A stretch of 64,000 bases of DNA. Origin: Candidatus Moraniibacteriota bacterium. GTDB lineage: Bacteria; Patescibacteriota; Minisyncoccia; Moranbacterales; UBA1568. Position numbers and translations under genes: made by a program. The notes under the pieces are model-generated. The model was not told the origin of the DNA. It worked only from the letters and a program-made list of their open reading frames with translations, and did not search any database. Numbering within the stretch: the stretch's first letter is position 1; every line of letters begins with the position of its first letter. The stretch is from positions 18,464 to 82,463 of the forward strand of contig JAAXXG010000004.1 in the NCBI GenBank assembly GCA_013334575.1, written 5' to 3'. Positions 37,792-54,008 of this stretch are shown piece by piece.

Positions 37792-38298
37792 ATGATGCAA
37801 CACAACGGAAGTTACCCGGTTCAATGGAGCATTCGTCTTTCGGTGTACGCCCTTGCGGCCTACTCGATGTATGCTCTCGCCATGCGTGTAGAAACCCTCA
37901 CGCCGCAGTCGTTCTTTTTCCCGTATCTGATGTACACGATATTTTCGTCGTTCGGTTCCGGGACGATGGTCGAGTCCGCAGGGGATGTTATCAACACGAT
38001 GCTCCTGACAGACGTCGTCGGCTTTATGGGGATTTCTTTCCTTGTCTCGAAGCGAGAGGTGTCGCTGAGGCCGAAGTTTCTGTTTGGATCCGTCCCAGTC
38101 GTGTCTGGATTGATAGCGTTACATGTTTGGTATATCAGCCTTTCAAACGGACGCGGAGACTTTTGGCAGGATAGTTCCGGGCTTGCCGTAGAATTCATGA
38201 TGTTTGCCGTCCTCGGGCTGTTTCTTGGTGCTATCTGGTTCTTGATCAAAAACGGTCCGGATAGCCGCACGCTTGGCGTGCTCGGGCAACCGGAATAA
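37792..38298 (+). CDS. hypothetical polytopic membrane protein
   Basis: About 168 aa with 4-5 predicted TM helices. Lies between the two paralogs. Confidence 0.45.
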   Translation: MMQHNGSYPVQWSIRLSVYALAAYSMYALAMRVETLTPQSFFFPYLMYTIFSSFGSGTMVESAGDVINTMLLTDVVGFMGISFLVSKREVSLRPKFLFGSVPVVSGLIALHVWYISLSNGRGDFWQDSSGLAVEFMMFAVLGLFLGAIWFLIKNGPDSRTLGVLGQPE

Positions 38299-38363
38299 TG
38301 CCGTACGATTACTGAATGGTCTGATCCCGCGAGCCGAAGAAGGTCGCGGGATTAATATCTTAA

Positions 38364-38858
38364 ATGGAGGCACTCATGGATAGTTTAAAAAGGACGAACA
38401 TCAATCTGTTCTTGGTCAACTCGGCCCTTTTCGGCATTTTAATTTGCATCGCATGGCTTGGTATCCGGGAGTATGACAGCTGGAGGCTTGGCAGCGATCT
38501 TACAAGGGAAGTGCCGATGGAACAGGTTTCGATAAGTGGGAGCAGGGAATATCGCCTGTGCTTCTTGGCGAGGTACGAGGATGGAAAATGTGAGAGTATC
38601 GATCTCATCCGCGGAACCACGGAGACTTATCCGGTCGATAATCCGCATTGCTGGCAATTTCAGGAGGAATTGAATTGGCAACCCGGTTTTCCTACGCTCC
38701 CTACTCTCAAGGCGAGGCTGACGGAAGGTGTTCCAAAAGACGAGATTCCTGTCCGAGGAAAAAAGACTTTTCAAGGGGTGGCTGTCGTGGAATATGTCGA
38801 TGGCTTCGCTGGCTGGAGAAATATCCATGTGGTTCCGCAATCAATCAGAGCTGAATAA
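38364..38858 (+). CDS. hypothetical membrane-anchored protein, paralog B
   Basis: One TM. C-terminal block IPVRGKKTFQGVAVVEYVDGFAGWRNIHVVPQ, paralogous to 37029-37502. Confidence 0.5.
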   Translation: MEALMDSLKRTNINLFLVNSALFGILICIAWLGIREYDSWRLGSDLTREVPMEQVSISGSREYRLCFLARYEDGKCESIDLIRGTTETYPVDNPHCWQFQEELNWQPGFPTLPTLKARLTEGVPKDEIPVRGKKTFQGVAVVEYVDGFAGWRNIHVVPQSIRAE

Positions 38859-38879
38859 ACCACATGACAACCGAAAGCG

Positions 38880-38910
38880 GCGCGAGAATCGTGCCGCTTT
38901 CAAAGTTTCT
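38880..38910 (+). terminator. rho-independent terminator-like hairpin after paralog B
   Basis: GAAAGCGGCGCGAGAATCGTGCCGCTTTC. Confidence 0.4.
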
Positions 38911-39049
38911 ATCCTCGTTCTCGATGTTGACTGATGATATTCGGCACGTTTCGTGAAGCTTGAATTGGTTTCTTTTCGTATTCACGACCTTTTCGGGGGA
39001 GTCTAGTTTCGGTGAAAAGACCGTATGCTGTAACCGAAAAGGAAAGGAG

Positions 39050-39140
39050 CGGCTGGGATATTTCCGGTCGCTTTTCTCTTTTCATGGTACGAGTCAGGTT
39101 GTTTCTGTCACGAACCCGTTGAACATCCGGAAGAGGGAAT
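39050..39140 (+). repeat. second copy of the 37528-37617 terminator/tail repeat
   Basis: GGTCGCTTTTCTCTTTTCATGGTACGAGTCAGGTTGTTTCTGTCACGAACCCGTTGA. Confidence 0.6.
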
Positions 39141-39276
39141 CGAGGAGCGATCCGGCTCCCGTTTGACCGAAAAGGGCTTTCTTGCTAGGATTTTTCCGCT
39201 ATCTGTCAAGCAGGGTGCTTGATTTTTTCGTTAACAAGACGCGGGTCATCCGTGTCGACAACCATGGGGGTGTATC

Positions 39277-40758
39277 ATGAAGCCTTTCGTATCGAAGATT
39301 TTTCCGGGTAAAGAACTGGTCTTTCCCGGTTCAAAAGAATGGGTCGCTATCGGTGGGAGGGATATGTTTCCCGCCGCAGCCAAGGTGCTTCTGAGCACCA
39401 GTATTTACACTATCGGCGTCATCGGATACGGTTCGCAGGGGCACGCGCATGCGTTGAACCTCCGCGATTCGCTCAAAGGGGTCGATATCACGGTCAGAGT
39501 CGGTCTTTCGGTGGGGAGTGCTTCCCGGGCGAAGGCAATAGCCGACGGATTTACGGAAGAAAACGGCACGCTCGGTGAGACGTTTGACGTCATCCGGAAA
39601 TCGGACCTTGTCATCCTGCTGATTCCCGACTCGGAACAGGTCAGGCTGTATAAGGAAATCTTCGAGGCGATGCGTCCGGGAGCGTTTCTTGGTCTCGCGC
39701 ACGGGTTCCTGCTCGGTCATCTGGAAAGCGTCGGCGAGTATTTCCCGGACAAGTTCAGCGTCATCGGGGTCTGTCCGAAGGGGGTCGGCCCGTCCGTCCG
39801 CTGGTGGTACGAACAGGGGCGCGAGCGGAACGGTGCCGGAATCCCATGCTCTTTCACGGTGGAGCGCGATTATGGCGGTGCCGGTGACGTCGCGCTTGCC
39901 TGGGCGATCCTGATCGGCGCGCCGTCTGTTTCCTGGACGACGCTCCGGCAGGAGTATCGGAGCGATCTGGTCGGGGAACGTGCCGTATTGCTTGGCGGTT
40001 TGTGGGCGCTTGTCGAGGAGACCTACCGGTATTTCGTCGCCAACGGCATGCGAGAGGAGGATGCATTCAATCTGGCCGTCGAAGGCATTACCGGCCCGAT
40101 CAGCGATCGCATCTCGCGGCATGGCGGACTGCTCGGACTCTACCGCGAGGTTTCGGAAAAGGAGGGAGGTGTGGAGGAGTTCGCTCGTGCCTATATCGTC
40201 ATGTACGGTCCGGCGAAGGAGTTGATCAAGCAGATCTATGAAAGTGTCTACTCCGGAGACGAGATCCGTGAAGTGGTCGCGATGGCGAATCAGCCGATGA
40301 AACCGATCGACGGTTCCGACATGTGGACGGTCGGCAAGCGGGTTCGGGAGAATCGCGGGCGCATGAACTGGGAAATCGATCCGATGGTCGCCGGTTTCTA
40401 TGTCGCCATGATGATGGCACAGGTCGACGTGTTCCGCGAGAACGGCCATTACTGGAGCGAAGTCTGCAACGAGAGCATCATCGAGGCGATCAAATCGCTG
40501 AGTCCGCTCATGCATGCCAAAGGCGTCGGCTTCATGGTGGATAGCTGCTCTCCGACGGCGAGACTTGGCACCAGGAAAAGGGGTCCGCAGTTCATGACGG
40601 TCATCCGGGAAGAGGTTCTGCCCGGCTTCGACCAGTCGATGGGGATGCCGTCATCGGAGACCCATCTTTTCCAGGAGTTTCTGACACATCCGGTACACTC
40701 AGCACTCGCTCTGTGTCTCCATCTGGTTCCGCAAGAGGACCTGTACGTAGGCAATTGA
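39277..40758 (+). CDS. ilvC: ketol-acid reductoisomerase, class II (long, plant/enterobacterial type)
   Basis: 493 aa. Rossmann GVIGYGSQGHAHALNLRDS. Blocks GFTEENGTLGE, GLAHGFLLGH, VIGVCPKGVGPSVR. Duplicated knotted C-terminal domain. Near-colinear with plant KARI. Confidence 0.85.
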   Translation: MKPFVSKIFPGKELVFPGSKEWVAIGGRDMFPAAAKVLLSTSIYTIGVIGYGSQGHAHALNLRDSLKGVDITVRVGLSVGSASRAKAIADGFTEENGTLGETFDVIRKSDLVILLIPDSEQVRLYKEIFEAMRPGAFLGLAHGFLLGHLESVGEYFPDKFSVIGVCPKGVGPSVRWWYEQGRERNGAGIPCSFTVERDYGGAGDVALAWAILIGAPSVSWTTLRQEYRSDLVGERAVLLGGLWALVEETYRYFVANGMREEDAFNLAVEGITGPISDRISRHGGLLGLYREVSEKEGGVEEFARAYIVMYGPAKELIKQIYESVYSGDEIREVVAMANQPMKPIDGSDMWTVGKRVRENRGRMNWEIDPMVAGFYVAMMMAQVDVFRENGHYWSEVCNESIIEAIKSLSPLMHAKGVGFMVDSCSPTARLGTRKRGPQFMTVIREEVLPGFDQSMGMPSSETHLFQEFLTHPVHSALALCLHLVPQEDLYVGN

Positions 40759-40830
40759 CGGGAGCCAAACCAAAAACGAAAGCGGGAGAGAAACCACTCC
40801 CGCTTTCAACGTTTCCGGCGATATCCGCAA

Positions 40831-43503
40831 TCAAACCGTTCCGGTCGCGAGGCTGTTCAACATACGGAACAGCGTATCGAGAAAAAGCTTGCCTGGATTC
40901 GGTTCGGAACCGTTTCGCAGCCGTTCGTCGGAGGCACCGAGGACGCGGGGGAGGGTGTCCGGAAGGTCGGCACGGACGGGCGTGCCGAGCGAGACGAATT
41001 CGTCGAAGCCGATCCGATCGACGGTCGGGTTCTCGGTCATACCGGTCAGCGTCGCTCCCGTTTCTTCCGCGGTTATATCCACGGCCGCGGCATCCGTTTC
41101 CGGAGTATCGTCCTCCGAAGCAAGGATCCAGACCCAACCCGCTCCCGTATCGGCATAGACGGCGTCGTCCGGGACGCTTTTTCCATACGAATATTCCACG
41201 GTCTGTACGGTCTTCCCGTCGGGGCGGCGGAGTTCTATGACGGCGCGTCCGTTGGGGAACGTGAAACGCGAGTCCGCATGACGGAGGATGATCTCCTCGC
41301 CGGGATCGACGGAGATGTCCGAGAGGATCGCGTGGTTCACGAGCTTCGACATGTCCGAGCCGGTCGCGATACTCCAGCCGGAGAGCGGGACCCGCTTCGG
41401 GGAATCGTTCCGGATGCGTATCCATTCGGAATCCGTATCCCTGCCGGTCGGATTCGGACAGAGCCGGGTCAGATGCAGGTTCCTCGAGGGGTATTTGGCG
41501 ATGGTGATCGAAAACGGCTTCACGTATTCCTCGGTGCCGTCGCGGAGCGTGAGCGTTCCCTCGTACGTGCCGGTCTTTTCGTACCGGTGCCGGGTTGAGG
41601 CGAGGTAACTCCGGTGTCCGTCGCCGAAGTCCCAGACGTACTTCATCTTCTTCTTGTTCCCTTCGGTCGAGAACGGCGTCAGGACGCCGCGGTATCCCTT
41701 TTTCGGGATCGAGACCTCTTTTGCCTTCGGCTCCTTGCCGAAGAGGTTGTCGAGGCCGGGCGTGCGAGTCCTGCTCCATCGGTATTTCCCGTTTCCGGAA
41801 TACCCGTACGAGGCGTCTTCGGACGCGGTTTCGTAGGAGACCGCGTCCATTATCGTGCCGTCGCGCGCGACGAGCGAGACCGCGCCGTCGGAATTGCGGA
41901 GTGCGAGCCGGGTGAGCGAGCGTGGAAGGACGAGATACCCTTTCGCCGGGATCGTCATGTACGTCGGGTCGGTCTTTTCGGTCCAGGTGAATTTTCCGGC
42001 ACCGCTCCGGACGGTCCATCCGGAAAGTCCGACCGGTTCGTCGCCCGCGTTGGAGAGCTCGATCCATTCGTCCGGTTCGCCTTTCGTCTTCGGGTTCGGG
42101 AAGAGCTCGTTGAGGCGCACGATGCCGACCGGAGGTATGTGTGTGATGACCGGTTCCGGATCGAACGTATTCGGCGTGCCTCGTGTCGGGACGTGCGTCA
42201 ATCGGAACGCGTCTCCCGTCCGGGCATACGAGGCGTTCTGTTCGGTCTTCGAATAGGAAAACGAGTCGGCTACGGAGCCGTCCGGAAAAAGGAGGGAGAG
42301 CGTTTCCGTCCCGGTATTGTTGAGCGCGATGCCGGACAGTTTCGCGTCGATGATCGGAAACGATCCGGCGTCGGCGGAGAATCCCTTTGCGAATACATAT
42401 GTCCTGCCGGAAGCGTCGCGGAGCGCCCATCCGGAGAGGTCGACGGACGCGGCGGACGTATTCCGCAGCTCGATCCACTCGTCGGAGCCGGATTCGGGAT
42501 AGGGGAGAAACTCGTTTATGAGGATCGTTCCGAACGGTGGAACCGGAGCCGGTTCCGGAGTAGGTTCGACGGTCTCTTTCCTATGATTCGTAGGCGTCGG
42601 GAGCTTCGAGAGGGACCACTTTCCGGTTTCCCGGTCGAAGACGAGGCTCTCGTTCTTTCCCGGGTTGTCGCCGATACTCTTGGAAAACGGCGCCGTATGT
42701 CCCGAACCCCAGGTGACGGATGTGACCATGCCGCCCTTGTCATCGAAGAGCGCGAGGCTATTGTCCGTCGTGAGTGCGGGCGAGGTCTTGTTCGTGCTCA
42801 CGGCATCGGCGAGTCCGATGAATGCCGCGGAACCGTCCTTGTTCGCCCAGAGGAAGTATCCGTGCCCCGGGATCGTATCCGTATCCGAGAAGGCATGGAA
42901 GAGCGCGCCCTTCGTCGCCGTATCCCCCTTGGTCTTGCGGCGCAGTTCGAACCCTTTCAGGGAGAAGGCGGCCTCGTCCGTATTGTAAAGCTCGACGAAG
43001 TCGTCGTTTACGGTATCTCCGGCGATCTGAAGCTCGTTCAGGATCGGTCCGGTAGCGGCGTCTTTCGAAGGTCCATCCGCCGGATCGGCTCCGGATGCGG
43101 TCGGGAGAGTCGTAATGCCCGTGGAATCCGTTGTCTGGTACGCCGAAACGTCCGACGGTTCCGCATTGTCGGCTCCGGATGATGCCGGTGTTGCTGAAGG
43201 GGCGACCTCGACCGGCGGAATATCCGCAGTATCCGAAGACGCCTCCATCGTAGCCGGAGCGTCATCGGCGGATACCCGCGATGTCGGGGGCTCGGCCTCC
43301 GTTGCCTTGGTCGATTCGGCGGAAACGGATTCCGGTGATGATTCCGACGGCCCGGTGTCTTCGGAATCCGATGTGTCGGGCGTGGCCGACTCCGTCGTAG
43401 CGACGTTCCCGGCCCCGTCGGTCACGTCGGCGATGACGGGATCCGCCTCGCAGACGATGAGAGAGAAACAGAGCAGGAGCGGAATGACCGTTCGGTGTCC
43501 CAT
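40831..43503 (-). CDS. large secreted protein with four lamin-tail-domain (LTD) repeats and a PKD domain
   Basis: Start refined to ATG 43503 (signal peptide MGHRTVIPLLLCFSLIVCEA). Acidic Ser/Thr/Pro-rich linker. LTD units (LNELQIAGD...FVELYN, ILINEFLPYPESGSDEWIELRNTSAASVDLSGWALRD, VRLNELFPNPKTKGEPDEWIELSN...LSGWTV, LHLTRLCPNPTGRDTDSEWIRIRN...LSGWSI). PKD-like WDFGDG. Confidence 0.75.
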   Translation of the reverse strand: MGHRTVIPLLLCFSLIVCEADPVIADVTDGAGNVATTESATPDTSDSEDTGPSESSPESVSAESTKATEAEPPTSRVSADDAPATMEASSDTADIPPVEVAPSATPASSGADNAEPSDVSAYQTTDSTGITTLPTASGADPADGPSKDAATGPILNELQIAGDTVNDDFVELYNTDEAAFSLKGFELRRKTKGDTATKGALFHAFSDTDTIPGHGYFLWANKDGSAAFIGLADAVSTNKTSPALTTDNSLALFDDKGGMVTSVTWGSGHTAPFSKSIGDNPGKNESLVFDRETGKWSLSKLPTPTNHRKETVEPTPEPAPVPPFGTILINEFLPYPESGSDEWIELRNTSAASVDLSGWALRDASGRTYVFAKGFSADAGSFPIIDAKLSGIALNNTGTETLSLLFPDGSVADSFSYSKTEQNASYARTGDAFRLTHVPTRGTPNTFDPEPVITHIPPVGIVRLNELFPNPKTKGEPDEWIELSNAGDEPVGLSGWTVRSGAGKFTWTEKTDPTYMTIPAKGYLVLPRSLTRLALRNSDGAVSLVARDGTIMDAVSYETASEDASYGYSGNGKYRWSRTRTPGLDNLFGKEPKAKEVSIPKKGYRGVLTPFSTEGNKKKMKYVWDFGDGHRSYLASTRHRYEKTGTYEGTLTLRDGTEEYVKPFSITIAKYPSRNLHLTRLCPNPTGRDTDSEWIRIRNDSPKRVPLSGWSIATGSDMSKLVNHAILSDISVDPGEEIILRHADSRFTFPNGRAVIELRRPDGKTVQTVEYSYGKSVPDDAVYADTGAGWVWILASEDDTPETDAAAVDITAEETGATLTGMTENPTVDRIGFDEFVSLGTPVRADLPDTLPRVLGASDERLRNGSEPNPGKLFLDTLFRMLNSLATGTV

Positions 43504-43606
43504 GGGTGTCGGTTTCGGTGTCGGTTTTATCACATCATAGCAGACGCGGTCGACGACGTTGAGAGAGGGCGATATTTCGTGTATACTATTGATAAGAAAC
43601 AAACCT

Positions 43607-43954
43607 ATGCGTATCGACATCGTCCCGGAAGGGAACAAGACCAAGCGCGAGAGTCAGCCGGAGAACGATTACGGCCTTCCGTTCATTTTCGATACCGTGT
43701 TCGGTGGCGTGAAGCATCTTTTGGAAAGCGTCGTCTCGAGCGTCGCCGACATGGTCGACGAGGCGCTCGGCATGGCGTTGCGGCGGGCCTTCGCCGTCAT
43801 TCTGGGAGTGTTCGGTATCTGGTTCCTGTTCAGCGGATTCGCGAAGCTGCTCGACTACCTGTACGGGGCTCCCGGCGTCGGCGAGGTGATCGTCGGGGCG
43901 CTGGTATTCATGTCGGCGATCATCGTGTCGGCGTTCGCCCGTCGATCCCGATAG
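43607..43954 (+). CDS. small hypothetical membrane protein
   Basis: Two hydrophobic helices (AFAVILGVFGIWFLFSGF, VIVGALVFMSAIIVSAFA). Start choice uncertain (ORF from 43559). Confidence 0.35.
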   Translation: MRIDIVPEGNKTKRESQPENDYGLPFIFDTVFGGVKHLLESVVSSVADMVDEALGMALRRAFAVILGVFGIWFLFSGFAKLLDYLYGAPGVGEVIVGALVFMSAIIVSAFARRSR

Positions 43955-43999
43955 GGCGGCGGAATAATAAACGGACCGTAAACCATAACAACAACGGTA

Positions 44000-44280
44000 T
44001 GGCGAAGAAAACGATCAGAAAGTCGACGAAGAAGCCGGTAAAGGCGTCATCGGTCGAGGCGTTCCGGAAGAACTTCGAGAAGGAGGTCGCGAAGGGGATG
44101 AAGTCGGTCGAGAAGGAGGCCGCGAAGATGAAGAAGTCGGTCGATACGGCCGTGAAGCAGGCCGACGCCTACATCCGCAAGAATCCCGAGAAGGCCATGG
44201 CGATCGCGTCCGGCATATCGGCGGCGCTCGGTGCGGCTGCGGCGCTTATAGCGACACATGGCAAGAAGGGGAAGAAATAG
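44000..44280 (+). CDS. DUF883/YqjD-ElaB-like small protein with C-terminal membrane anchor
   Basis: Lys-rich helical N-terminus. C-terminal KNPEKAMAIASGISAALGAAAALIA followed by basic residues. Confidence 0.4.
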
Positions 44281-44390
44281 CGTCCCGTACCGCTTCCGAC
44301 CGCCCCGGCGGATGCCGGGGCGGTTTTGGTATTCCTTGCGGAGCTCGGGTTCTTCACGATAGAGTATGAGAAAGTCGACTTGTTTCGAAT

Positions 44391-44858
44391 ATGACTACGG
44401 ACGAGCTGCTGGGACTGGTTCGCGATATCGTGGATGATGCGTTCCGATTGAGTGTCAAGCGGACATCGGAACATGTGGCGCCAGTGAACTACGCGTGTGT
44501 GTTCACTCAGTCTGCTGACGCTTACGAGGAAACGTTCGCCGCCGCCAAGTTGCTCGGCCGGGTCGTGACCGAAACGACGACGGGTCCGGTCTTTCTGATC
44601 AGGCCTATTCCGACCGATGCTGGTGACCTTCGTATATTGAAGATACGAAAGCCGGATCCGAAACGACGGGAACGAGGCGATGCGGATTTTACCGTCCCGG
44701 ACTACGAATCGTTCAAGGGGAAGCATGTCGGGACGCCGGGATTTTCCGTGATCGTTCGGCCGGAAATGGAAATGGTCGAACTGCTGGATCCGTCGAGTGA
44801 CGTGCTTGTCTATTATTCTCATCCGACTCTCGGGGAGGTTCTCGGACTTGCGATGTAG
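44391..44858 (+). CDS. hypothetical protein
   Basis: 155-aa ORF. No recognised motif. Confidence 0.3.
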   Translation: MTTDELLGLVRDIVDDAFRLSVKRTSEHVAPVNYACVFTQSADAYEETFAAAKLLGRVVTETTTGPVFLIRPIPTDAGDLRILKIRKPDPKRRERGDADFTVPDYESFKGKHVGTPGFSVIVRPEMEMVELLDPSSDVLVYYSHPTLGEVLGLAM

Positions 44859-44877
44859 GAGTCTTGTCGCTTCCGGT

Positions 44878-45660
44878 ATGTTGCGTCGCAGCATTATCGT
44901 ATATAGCTTATCTGTCTTGATCGTCGCCGGTTTCGCGGTGACGCTTTTGCGTGTCTCGTTCAGCGGGAAACGATCCTTCGAGAATCCCGTGAGTGATCCG
45001 GTGCCGACGGAGGTATCCGCGGAAAGGGCCGATTCCGACTCGCAGGCGGGGGATACCGTGACGGCCGACGGGTCCGAACAGGTTTCGATCGAAGGCGGAA
45101 CGGGTGCGCCGGAAGCGGCTGTGTCATCCGCGGGTACCGAGAAGGCGACTGAGCCCGATACGGTATCGTCCCGGAAGGAGGTCGGAGGTGTTCGGGCTCC
45201 GAAAATCACCGATCGGCTTGTCACGTTCGGGTACGAGGATCGCTCGTCGCGGAATATCGATACGATCGTCGTTCATTCTTCCTACGATGCGATCGGGGAC
45301 GATCCGTATTCGGTGTCGGGCGTCATCGAGGAATATCGGCAGTACGGCGTCTCGGCGCACTACCTGATCGATCGGAAGGGGGGCATCTCCCGGCTGGTCG
45401 AGGATCGCGATGTCGCATACCATGCCGGAGTCTCCACGATGCCGGACGGCCGTACGGGCGCGAATGCGTTCTCGATCGGCATCGAGGTCATCGAGAAGGA
45501 TACGGACTCGCCGACTTCGGCGCAGTACGCGAGTCTCCGGTCGCTCGTCACGTACCTCAAGGGGGAGTACGACATAAAGTACGTCCTCGGACATCGCGAT
45601 ATCGCACCCGGCCGCAAGACCGATCCATGGGGGTTCGACTGGAGCAGGATGAGAGAGTAA
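44878..45660 (+). CDS. N-acetylmuramoyl-L-alanine amidase (Amidase_2/PGRP family), membrane-anchored
   Basis: N-terminal TM (IIVYSLSVLIVAGFAVTLL). Amidase_2 blocks IVVHSS, AHYLIDRKGGISRLV, AYHAGVS, GHRDIAPGRKTDP. Confidence 0.8.
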   Translation: MLRRSIIVYSLSVLIVAGFAVTLLRVSFSGKRSFENPVSDPVPTEVSAERADSDSQAGDTVTADGSEQVSIEGGTGAPEAAVSSAGTEKATEPDTVSSRKEVGGVRAPKITDRLVTFGYEDRSSRNIDTIVVHSSYDAIGDDPYSVSGVIEEYRQYGVSAHYLIDRKGGISRLVEDRDVAYHAGVSTMPDGRTGANAFSIGIEVIEKDTDSPTSAQYASLRSLVTYLKGEYDIKYVLGHRDIAPGRKTDPWGFDWSRMRE

Positions 45661-45672
45661 AGAAAAAACGAC

Positions 45673-46221
45673 ATGGGAAAAAGGATTACGTTCGTAACCG
45701 GAAATCCGGCGAAGGCGGACTATCTCGCGAAGTACCTTGGCTTTCCGGTGGAACATCGGAAGCTGGATCTCGACGAACTTCAATCGCTTGATCTCCGGGA
45801 AATCGTCGAACACAAAGTCCGACAGGCATACGCATCGGTCGGAGCGCCGGTTATCGTCGAGGATGTCTCGCTTGAATTTTTCGCACTCGGTCGGCTTCCG
45901 GGGCCGTTCATCCGTTTTTTCGTGGAGGAGGTTCCGTTTGAAACGATCTGCTCGATGCTCGACGGAAAGCCTCGCGAGGCGATAGCCCGGTGCGTTTTCG
46001 GGTATTTTGACGGCAACACCCTTGAGCTTATCGAGGGCGAGTTGCCGGGACGGATCGCGAATCAGCCTGCGGGCGATCGAGGCTATGGTTGGGATCGCAT
46101 CTTTATTCCGGAAGGGTACGATATCACTCGTGCGCAGTTCAACGAGGAAGACGACCGGAAGACCTATCTCCGACTGAAACCGTTTGCTGCACTCAAATCG
46201 TTCCTGGAGACTACCGTATGA
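45673..46221 (+). CDS. rdgB: non-canonical purine NTP pyrophosphatase (RdgB/HAM1 family)
   Basis: MGKRITFVTGNPAKADYL. Ham1 fold blocks. Acidic/Lys catalytic residues in expected positions. Confidence 0.8.
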   Translation: MGKRITFVTGNPAKADYLAKYLGFPVEHRKLDLDELQSLDLREIVEHKVRQAYASVGAPVIVEDVSLEFFALGRLPGPFIRFFVEEVPFETICSMLDGKPREAIARCVFGYFDGNTLELIEGELPGRIANQPAGDRGYGWDRIFIPEGYDITRAQFNEEDDRKTYLRLKPFAALKSFLETTV

Positions 46222-46520
46222 CGTATTCATTCAATCTAAACATCGATAAGGAGTCGTCGCGACTCGTCCTGCTGAAGGACGTGGAAGAGATCGTGTCGCG
46301 GGAGTGGCCGGAGTCGCGGGATATGGGGCGACAGCTTTTCGAGGCGATCGATGGCATTCTGACGGAGACCGGTCTTGTGCCGGCGGACGTGCCTTCGTTC
46401 GGTATCGAGACCGACGTTTCGGATTCGTTTACATCGGTGAAGATCGGCGAGTCCGTGGCGAAGGCATGGGAGTTTGGAACGGGCGACTTAAAGGCTTCAA
46501 ATGGGAAAGGGGCTTTGTAG
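46218..46520 (+). CDS. hypothetical small protein
   Basis: About 100 aa. ATG 46218 overlaps the rdgB stop (ATGA). Confidence 0.3.
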   Translation: MTYSFNLNIDKESSRLVLLKDVEEIVSREWPESRDMGRQLFEAIDGILTETGLVPADVPSFGIETDVSDSFTSVKIGESVAKAWEFGTGDLKASNGKGAL

Positions 46521-46806
46521 AGCCGTATTCTTGGATTAAAATTGGCTGCTTGACAGAGAGTCGGCCGATTGGTATCATGAGTCTACTTGCATAGGGAGTC
46601 CGCTCTAGAGGGCTTTCGATAGGGGTAAACAAACAACCGCGCCTCGGCGCGGATTTGCACGTCGAGTTTTTCCTTTTTTCCCCAAAGGAGAATGTTCCGC
46701 GACCTCTCGGGTGGATCAATTTCATAGATAACCAGAACCATCAGTCCCTGCTTGCCTTCGGGTCGCTCCCGAGAAGAAGACAAGAAGTGGCGATGGAAAT
46801 TTTCGT

Positions 46807-50238
<3,432 letters not shown>

Positions 50239-50265
50239 GCTTCACTGACTTCTAACGCCATCCCT

Positions 50266-53868
<3,603 letters not shown>

Positions 53869-53889
53869 GCCCGACACGCATGTCCCGAA

Positions 53890-53925
53890 GAAAACGCTCC
53901 CGATCCGTCGGGGGCGTTTTCGGTT
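53890..53925 (+). terminator. rho-independent terminator after rpoC
   Basis: GAAAACGCTCCCGATCCGTCGGGGGCGTTTTC. Confidence 0.5.
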
Positions 53926-54008
53926 TATACAGACGCATGCGTATCGGAAGTCGATCGTGAATCCGGGAATCGCTTTTTCACTTGTAGGTACGAAAAAGTC
54001 CGACAGTA

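Noticed and set aside
40601-43182. 625-aa minus and 522-aa plus ORFs overlapping the LTD gene
   Set aside because: Alternative frames of the 40831-43503 gene. Arg/Pro-rich low-complexity translations with no motifs.
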